A program made the position numbers and the translations under genes. The notes beneath the pieces were generated by a model, which saw only the letters and a program-made list of their open reading frames with translations, made no database searches and was not told where the DNA came from. DNA of 49,842 nt, taken from positions 1 through 49,842 of the forward strand of contig JAEUSO010000001.1 of assembly GCA_016788605.1 (NCBI GenBank), read 5' to 3'. Below are positions 42,668 through 49,842 of this stretch, piece after piece. Origin of the DNA: Candidatus Kapaibacterium sp. GTDB lineage: Bacteria; Bacteroidota; Ignavibacteria; Kapaibacteriales; NICIL-2. The first letter of the stretch is position 1. Every line of letters starts with the position of its first letter.

Positions 42668-44683
42668 TTATGCGGCGGGAGTTTCGCCGTTAGTCAGTTC
42701 GTTGTTCAATGTGCTCTCGAATGATTGCGGCAGTGTTGCGGGAATCGTGGTGTCCAGTGTTCCGGGTTTTACGGGCGGCGGCAGTGTTTCGCCGTTCATG
42801 ATGCGTCTCAATTCTTCGCCGTCAATCGTTTCGCGCTCTAAGAGGATACGCGAGGTTGTATGGAGCATATCAAGGTTATCGCGCAACATTTGTTCAGTTT
42901 TATCGGCAAGGTAGTGCAGAATGCGTGATACTTCCTCGTCTATCATTTGTGCTGTCTGTTCACTGTATTCACGCTTGTGTGCGAGGTCGCGCCCAATAAA
43001 CACTTCCTGTCCGCTCGAACCATAACTTACAGGACCGATTTTTTCATTCATGCCCCATTCGGCAATCATCTTGCGAATAATATTTGTGGCACGTTCAAGG
43101 TCATTGCTTGCACCAGTGGTGTATTCATTAAAGACAATTTTTTCGGCGGCACGCCCTGCAAGAAGCGTCATTACAGAGGATTCAAGGTATGATTTGCTGC
43201 GAGTATGCGAATCCTCGCGGGGGAGGAATGACGTGACGCCAAGGGCGGGTCCACGGGGGATGATGGTGACTTTGTGTACCGGGTCGGATTCAGGTAAAAG
43301 CATACCTACAAGAGCGTGACCCATTTCATGATACGATGTGGTCTTTTTTTCGTAGTCGCTGAGTACCATGCTCTTGCGCTCAACGCCCATGAGGACTTTG
43401 TCTTTCGCCTGTTCAAAATCGTACATTGTTATTGAAGTACTGCTACGGCGTGCCGCAAAGAGAGCCGCCTCGTTAACGATATTGGCAAGGTCTGCACCCG
43501 ATGCACCCGGCGTTCCGCGTGCAATGATGTTTAAATCAACGTCGGCGGCAAGCGGGGTGTTGCGTGTGTGTACTTTCAGGATGCCTTCTCGTCCTTTGAT
43601 GTCGGGGCGATCCACCATCACGTGGCGGTCGAAACGTCCCGGGCGCAACAGTGCGGGGTCAAGAACATCGGCACGGTTAGTAGCGGCAATCACTATGACA
43701 CCATTGTTCGGCTCGAAACCATCCATTTCCACAAGGAGTGCATTCAGTGTTTGCTCACGCTCATCGTGACCACCACCCATACCGGCTCCACGATGACGAC
43801 CGACCGCATCAATTTCATCTATAAAGATAATGCACGGTGCATTGCGTTTCGCTTGGTCGAAGAGGTCGCGCACGCGGCTTGCGCCCACACCCACAAACAT
43901 TTCCACGAAATCGGCACCGCTGATTGAGAAAAACGGAACGTTAGCTTCGCCGCTCACGGCTTTCGCAAGAAGTGTTTTGCCTGTACCCGGAGGTCCGAGC
44001 AACAACACACCGCGGGGAATTTTTCCGCCAAGACGTTGGTATTTCTGGGGCTCGCGCAGGAAGTCCACGATTTCTGCAAGTTCAACTTTTGCTTCGTCCG
44101 CGCCGGCAACATCTATAAAGGTGACGCGTTTCTGATTTTCGCTCATCATGCGGGTGCGCGCCTTACCGAACGAGAAGATATTACGCCCACCGCCGCCGTT
44201 TTGCATACGGCGCATCATCAGCAGAAACACGGCGATCAGACCCACCCACATCAGGACATTCAGTGCTAGCCCAACCCACGACGACTCCTGGTCGTAGGTC
44301 CACTCGATACCCTTCGATGCCCAGAGTTCCTCGGTGCGCGAATCCACCACGCCAAGCCGCGTGGAGATAAGTTTCAGTTCACGCATTTTACCGTCAATGT
44401 TTGTCGTCCAGGGTTCTTTCAGTTCTGCGCGGAACTCAAAGTCGTTCAGATTGCTCTTCATAATCACCGCGGACTTCACCATATTGTTATTGATGAGTTC
44501 CATGTAATCGGTGTATTTGATCGGGAAGTAGGTGCGCGAGCTTGCCTGCACGAAGAGGTACATTACAATAACGCCCACAAAAATCCCCACCCAGATAAGC
44601 ACCGAGCGGATGACTTTTCCCACTTGGGATTCGTCGTCGTTATTATTGTTCATGTTGTTGAAGTCGGGTTTTTGCGTAGCCAT
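42668..44683 (-). CDS. ftsH: ATP-dependent zinc metalloprotease FtsH
   Basis: Walker A GPPGTGKT, the SRH region, the zinc motif HEMGHAL and two N-terminal TM helices. Start chosen at the Met at 44683. Confidence 0.95.
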   Translation of the reverse strand: MATQKPDFNNMNNNNDDESQVGKVIRSVLIWVGIFVGVIVMYLFVQASSRTYFPIKYTDYMELINNNMVKSAVIMKSNLNDFEFRAELKEPWTTNIDGKMRELKLISTRLGVVDSRTEELWASKGIEWTYDQESSWVGLALNVLMWVGLIAVFLLMMRRMQNGGGGRNIFSFGKARTRMMSENQKRVTFIDVAGADEAKVELAEIVDFLREPQKYQRLGGKIPRGVLLLGPPGTGKTLLAKAVSGEANVPFFSISGADFVEMFVGVGASRVRDLFDQAKRNAPCIIFIDEIDAVGRHRGAGMGGGHDEREQTLNALLVEMDGFEPNNGVIVIAATNRADVLDPALLRPGRFDRHVMVDRPDIKGREGILKVHTRNTPLAADVDLNIIARGTPGASGADLANIVNEAALFAARRSSTSITMYDFEQAKDKVLMGVERKSMVLSDYEKKTTSYHEMGHALVGMLLPESDPVHKVTIIPRGPALGVTSFLPREDSHTRSKSYLESSVMTLLAGRAAEKIVFNEYTTGASNDLERATNIIRKMIAEWGMNEKIGPVSYGSSGQEVFIGRDLAHKREYSEQTAQMIDEEVSRILHYLADKTEQMLRDNLDMLHTTSRILLERETIDGEELRRIMNGETLPPPVKPGTLDTTIPATLPQSFESTLNNELTNGETPAA

Positions 44684-45020
44684 GAGGCGATAGGATGAGT
44701 GATTGACTTGTTCAAGAATACGGACGAAAGACGATTGAAACAAAGCGGAGATTGTAGCCGGACACGAATTGTAAGAATTAGAGAGTGGAACATCAGCAAA
44801 AAAAACTATTGCCGTGCGCAGACGCTTACAGTATTTTGGCGGGCGTTTTAGAAAAACTGGGACAAAAAACGCGTTGTGATAATCGGGGGATTGTTTCGCA
44901 ACAGTGTCTTACAACTATTATCAAGTCATAATAACTAATACGGGCTTCTGCTATCTCGTGCCTGTATACCAACCTAGCAAACAAACAATTTTATTATATC
45001 ATTTTACATGAGGTAACAGT

Positions 45021-48000
45021 ATGAGCCGCGTTCATACTTCAATAGCTGTCATTGTATTCACCCTGCTCATTAGTGTAGCGGGCATGGCACAGAATATCAC
45101 AAATTATACATTCTCAGCATCAGCGGGGACATTTACGGAAATTACAGGCGGAACCCAATTGCTTGGAACAGCTTCAGATGAAGCTGTTAGTGCAACCACA
45201 TCAATCGGATTCACATTTGTGTTTATGGCTTCTCCATACACGCATTTTACCGTTTCTTCAAATGGGTATTTAGTACTGCTACCAAACTCTACAGCAACTG
45301 GCAGTAATTCGCTTACAAATAATTTAAGTACCGGACCAACTACCACTTCCCGTCCAGTTATTGCTCCGCTTTGGGATGATATCATGACAGACGATAACAC
45401 GGGGAATGTACAATTCATAGTAACCGGCACCGCACCGAACCGAGTACTTACAGTACAATGGTTAAATATGAAGTGGAATTATCTTGCAGCCGGACCCGTC
45501 ATCAGCTTTCAGGCAAAACTTTATGAATCCGATGGTAAGATTGAATATGTGTATCGCCAGGATGCTAACGCTATCAATACTGGCTCTGCATCAGTTGGTA
45601 TAGCTAATACCACAACCGGTTCAGGTAATTTTCTTTCAGTGCAGAGTTTGACAACCGGCTCAGAGACAGTAAGCTCAACAACAGAAGTAACATCACTGGC
45701 AATCAAGCCCGATAATGGACGTACATTTACGTTTCAACCTCCTGCAACTCCTGCTGCACCAACCAATCTTGCGGTAACTGGTGCGGCATTAACCTCGGTA
45801 TCATTAAGTTGGACTGATAATGCTACAACCGAGAGTGCATTTTTAATACAACGCTCTACTGATAATGTAACCTTTGTTACAGCAGGTACTGTTGCCGCAT
45901 CAACAGGGTCGGGCAATACAGTGACGGCTACGGTGACTGGTCTTGCTGTGAATACACAGTATTTCTTCAGAGTTGCTGCTGCATCGGAAGGTTCATTGAG
46001 CTCATTTATCACTGCGCAAGGTTCTACAGGACAGCCCATCCTTTCGGGCACACGGCAGATACCCAGTACAAATTATCCCACAATTCGCGTTGCCATTGAC
46101 TCAATGAGAACGAAGGGGGTTGTCGGACCGCTCGTATTCGAGTTGCTTGCAAGTTACACAAGTGCAGGCGAGGGGTTAGGTGTGTCTCCGCTTACCATAC
46201 CCGAAGTGTTTGGTGTGAATGCAACGAATACCGTTACATTCCGTCCGGCATCCGGCGTTACCAACCTGAGCATCACCGGCTCGAACAGTACTGCTATTTT
46301 TATTCTTGATTCGGCGGATTATATCATATTTGACGGTCGTCCGGGCGGATCGGGGATTCAGCGGCATCTTACTATTGAGAATACGAATACGACCGCTTCA
46401 TCAGCAACTGTGTTATTGCGCAACGAGGCATCATATAATACGTTTCGTAGTTTGATATTGCTCGGTGCAAAAATCGGAACAACGAGCGGTATCGTTAACC
46501 TGTCAACATCAACACCAATATCAAACAGAGGAAACAGCTATAATAATTTTCTCAACAACCGTTTTGGAGTTGCCACCGGAGCAACCGCCGGTACAAATAT
46601 CGGTATCTATTCATCAGGAACATCGGGCAAGGATAATAAGTATATCACTGTAAGCGGCAACGAGTTTGTTGGCTTAACCACGCCAACAACATCCACAACA
46701 TGCGCTGGTGTCTTTGCTACCACAGCATCCGCCGAATGGATTATTACCGGCAATCATTTTTATCAGCCAACACCGACAACCTATACGACGTCGAACACAA
46801 CACAATGTATATCTATAAACACCGGATGGGGATATACGATAGATGGCAACTTCATTGGCGGATCAAGTTTGAATGCAACCGGTGCCGCATGGAATACATC
46901 AATTTCCAGCACCATGACGTTTGCCGGAATTTTTGCATCCACATCCACGATTTCCACATCGGTCATCCGCAACAATAAAATAGCCAATATCCTGATTACG
47001 CCAACAACCACAAGCGGTGTAACATTTCATGGAATTCAAGCAACCGCGGGTAATAATGATATTATGAATAATATCATTGGCGGTGCTACCACCGTTGCAT
47101 CGTCGGACACAATACGGATTCAGGCGAATGCAGCATCTACAAATACATTGAATGGTATTACGTATGGCGGTTCAACAGTCAATATCAGCAATAATACAGT
47201 TTGCGCCACACGGATCAATTCGACGACGACAGCAATTGGTAATATGGTCGGTATAAACTGGTCATCCACACCCACCACGTTTTCGTTGATAGGAAATACA
47301 GTGGGTAGTACAAACCCCGGACTTGGTTTATCCATCCAAACAACCTCAACATCCGGAGGGTACATGGCTGGGTTTACTCTTGGTGCTTCCACGTTGAATA
47401 TGCAGAATAATCTGGTGCAAAATCTTTCGAACCAACAGCCCGGAACATCTACCCGTATTGCTGCGTGTTCGACTGCAACAACGATAAGCACAGCTACTAT
47501 TCAGAATAATGTATTCCGTGATATTACGACAAGCTCAATAAACACGGGAACATCCACTTCGACAGCACAATCGGTGCTTGGAATGGTTGTAACGTTAGCA
47601 TCAACAGTCACGTTCAACAATAACCGTATTTTCAACCTGAGTAATTCAGCAAGCACAGCATCGGCAGTTTGCGTGACGGGGTTATTAGTTTCAAGCGGAT
47701 CATTGACAACAAATGTGTATTCACGGAATACCATTTACGGACTAACATTGAATCCTGCAAACACCAGCACAACTGCAACAATCAACGGTATCGTAATTTT
47801 AGCTGGTGCAACATTCCAAAATAATGCTGTTACACTTGGCTCAGATGCAAGCGGCTCATCAATAGGAACTGGCGCGGCAATCAACGGTCTCAGTAAGCAA
47901 ACTTCGATAGCAGCCAATATGTACCACAATACCGTGTATATTGGCGGAACAGTTACAGCAACAACCGCGGCAAATACCTTTGGTTTGAATAGCGCACAAA

Positions 48001-49805
48001 CATCCACAACCGACAGTGTGTATAATAATATCTTTGTGAATGCGCGTTCGGGTGGTCCGGCATTTCACTATGCAATGGGTGCTACGACTGTGACAACGTC
48101 GCTTCGGACGAATAATATTTATTTTACAACTGCCGCTAACGGACGGTTGGGACGTAACATCACATCAGCAGCCGATCTTACAACAATCGCGGCTATTCGT
48201 TCAACATTCAATTGTGATGCACAGAGCTTCACCGCAGATCCGGGGCTTCGCGCACCATTATCATCACCTCCCGACCTGCGTTTGAATAGTCCTACACCAG
48301 CAGAGCGTGCAGGTTTCCTTATTTCACGAACAGTAGATGATATTGAGGGTGAACTGCGTTCATCGTTGACACCGGTGGATATTGGCTGCGATGGCGGCGG
48401 CTATGCTATCAGCACAGATTTGGTGTCACCGACGATTACGTACACACCACTCAGTACACCGACACTCTTGACAGGCGAGCGCACACTCACGGCATTTATT
48501 GTTGATGCAGGTTCGGGTGTGCCTACTACGGGAGCAGGCGTTCCGACACTCTATTGGCGCAGGAATAGCGGAACATGGACAGCGCAACCCGGAACATATA
48601 TTAGTGGTGTGACATACACATTTACATTCGGCGCGGGTTCGTCGGCAAACGATATCATTCAATACTATATAGTAGCACAGGACAATGCCGGTAACACAAC
48701 CGCGCTACCACTTGCAGGCACGTCTGGATTCACAACAAATCCTCCTGCTGTAACCACCGCTCCAACGATTCCAAGCCAATACACCGTCACGGGCGGTATT
48801 TGCGGAACACTGACAGTAGGTACAGGCGGCACGTACAGTACATTGAAAGCTGCATTTGATTTTATCAATACCAATATCGTTACGTGTAATACTACGATTT
48901 CAATTCTTAGCACGACAAACGAAACTGCTACTTGCGGGCTTCAGCCAGTTAGATACGGTCCGGGTGGTCCGTTCACAATCACTATCCAACCGGCGGCTGG
49001 CACGACGGATACCATCCGTTTCGGTACAGGGGCATTCCCAACGGGACAAGCTGTGCCACTCATTGACCTGCAAGGTGCCGATTACGTGATTATTGACGGA
49101 CGCCAAGGCGGCAGCGGAACAAGCCGCTCACTCACATTAGAAAACAATGTGAACTCCACCGGCGGTAATGTTGTCCGATTTACAAGTGATGCCACCAATG
49201 ACACTGTTCGTCATTGTAATATACGCGGGTGGAATACATCGTTCACCGGCGGTCTGATTTGGTTCGGTTCGTATAATGTTACTATTCCGGATCAGGTTAC
49301 GAACATCGTCGGTAATAGCAATAATGCTATTGATAATAATGATTTTTATCCTTCGCAAGGATCATCTGCAATAGTACCTGCCGTTCCTGCTGTGGGTATC
49401 TATTCTGCCGGCTCATCGAGTGCATACTCGCAATTCAATAAGAATAATAGCATAACCAACAACACGTTCCGTGATATGTATAATACCGGAGCTCAATCGG
49501 CTGCAGTCAATCTCTCATCCGGTAGCTCTGCATGGACAATTAGTAATAACCATGTGTTTAAGACGGTTACTACAGCACCTGCTCTTAGTTCAGTGTATTA
49601 CGGAATTAATGTGAATAATTCTACCGGTTTTGGTTTCACGATTAATAATAACTTTATCGGTGGTAGTGCTTCGAGTAATGGTGGAGCTGCATGGCAACAA
49701 TTGGCAACCGGTTTTACTCACTCGTTTGTTGGCATTAATCTTTTTGCCGGAACAACCGAAAGCTCAACTATTGTAAATTCCAAAATTAGTTATGCCGGAT
49801 TCTAA
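45021..49805 (+). CDS. giant secreted surface protein (FN3 plus parallel beta-helix repeats)
   Basis: Signal peptide ...LLISVAGMAQN. An FN3-like segment (PTNLAVTGAALTSVSLSWTD...YFFRVAA). Long Thr/Ser/Asn-rich beta-helix-type repeats. A large internal duplication. Confidence 0.8.
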   Translation: MSRVHTSIAVIVFTLLISVAGMAQNITNYTFSASAGTFTEITGGTQLLGTASDEAVSATTSIGFTFVFMASPYTHFTVSSNGYLVLLPNSTATGSNSLTNNLSTGPTTTSRPVIAPLWDDIMTDDNTGNVQFIVTGTAPNRVLTVQWLNMKWNYLAAGPVISFQAKLYESDGKIEYVYRQDANAINTGSASVGIANTTTGSGNFLSVQSLTTGSETVSSTTEVTSLAIKPDNGRTFTFQPPATPAAPTNLAVTGAALTSVSLSWTDNATTESAFLIQRSTDNVTFVTAGTVAASTGSGNTVTATVTGLAVNTQYFFRVAAASEGSLSSFITAQGSTGQPILSGTRQIPSTNYPTIRVAIDSMRTKGVVGPLVFELLASYTSAGEGLGVSPLTIPEVFGVNATNTVTFRPASGVTNLSITGSNSTAIFILDSADYIIFDGRPGGSGIQRHLTIENTNTTASSATVLLRNEASYNTFRSLILLGAKIGTTSGIVNLSTSTPISNRGNSYNNFLNNRFGVATGATAGTNIGIYSSGTSGKDNKYITVSGNEFVGLTTPTTSTTCAGVFATTASAEWIITGNHFYQPTPTTYTTSNTTQCISINTGWGYTIDGNFIGGSSLNATGAAWNTSISSTMTFAGIFASTSTISTSVIRNNKIANILITPTTTSGVTFHGIQATAGNNDIMNNIIGGATTVASSDTIRIQANAASTNTLNGITYGGSTVNISNNTVCATRINSTTTAIGNMVGINWSSTPTTFSLIGNTVGSTNPGLGLSIQTTSTSGGYMAGFTLGASTLNMQNNLVQNLSNQQPGTSTRIAACSTATTISTATIQNNVFRDITTSSINTGTSTSTAQSVLGMVVTLASTVTFNNNRIFNLSNSASTASAVCVTGLLVSSGSLTTNVYSRNTIYGLTLNPANTSTTATINGIVILAGATFQNNAVTLGSDASGSSIGTGAAINGLSKQTSIAANMYHNTVYIGGTVTATTAANTFGLNSAQTSTTDSVYNNIFVNARSGGPAFHYAMGATTVTTSLRTNNIYFTTAANGRLGRNITSAADLTTIAAIRSTFNCDAQSFTADPGLRAPLSSPPDLRLNSPTPAERAGFLISRTVDDIEGELRSSLTPVDIGCDGGGYAISTDLVSPTITYTPLSTPTLLTGERTLTAFIVDAGSGVPTTGAGVPTLYWRRNSGTWTAQPGTYISGVTYTFTFGAGSSANDIIQYYIVAQDNAGNTTALPLAGTSGFTTNPPAVTTAPTIPSQYTVTGGICGTLTVGTGGTYSTLKAAFDFINTNIVTCNTTISILSTTNETATCGLQPVRYGPGGPFTITIQPAAGTTDTIRFGTGAFPTGQAVPLIDLQGADYVIIDGRQGGSGTSRSLTLENNVNSTGGNVVRFTSDATNDTVRHCNIRGWNTSFTGGLIWFGSYNVTIPDQVTNIVGNSNNAIDNNDFYPSQGSSAIVPAVPAVGIYSAGSSSAYSQFNKNNSITNNTFRDMYNTGAQSAAVNLSSGSSAWTISNNHVFKTVTTAPALSSVYYGINVNNSTGFGFTINNNFIGGSASSNGGAAWQQLATGFTHSFVGINLFAGTTESSTIVNSKISYAGF

Positions 49806-49842
49806 AATTATTTTGCGCCGCGCCGGTTTGTTGGATGCTTTA

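Overview
This window is a bacterial chromosomal segment interrupted by a 33.6-kb integrated temperate virus-like element. Gene content and a TAnnTTTG-type promoter suggest an FCB-group host (Bacteroidota/Ignavibacteriota-like), but this is inference only. The element (2174..35826) sits in the 3' half of tRNA-Asn(GTT) and is bounded by an exact 51-bp direct repeat. A tyrosine integrase lies next to attL, and tandem TCGGTGCAAT arm-type repeats lie just inside both ends. (1) A minus-strand lysogeny operon encodes an HTH repressor, three unknown genes including PD-(D/E)xK-like and HEPN-like proteins, an outer-membrane beta-barrel and the integrase. (2) A divergent plus-strand early operon encodes a Cro-like protein, an Xis-like HTH protein, a putative initiator followed by a helically phased iteron array and an AT-rich region, a Dam-like and a very compact Dcm-like methyltransferase, a minimal PolX-family polymerase, and tandemly duplicated small membrane proteins. 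(3) A bidirectional terminator follows. (4) A 20-kb late operon of 29 tightly coupled genes runs on the minus strand. It encodes a fibre-like protein, three peptidoglycan hydrolases, a transglutaminase-like protease, a 1193-aa ParB-like plus RecA/DnaB-like ATPase fusion, a cysteine-rich module shared by three proteins, and at least nine membrane proteins. I cannot recognise a terminase, portal or HK97-type capsid gene in it by eye. The flanking host genes are a secreted beta-rich protein, a GT9 glycosyltransferase, a Gfo/Idh/MocA oxidoreductase, a LigB-family extradiol dioxygenase, purF, a TylF-like methyltransferase, a small lipoprotein, ftsH and a giant beta-helix surface protein. All family calls come from motif recognition by eye; no searches were run.
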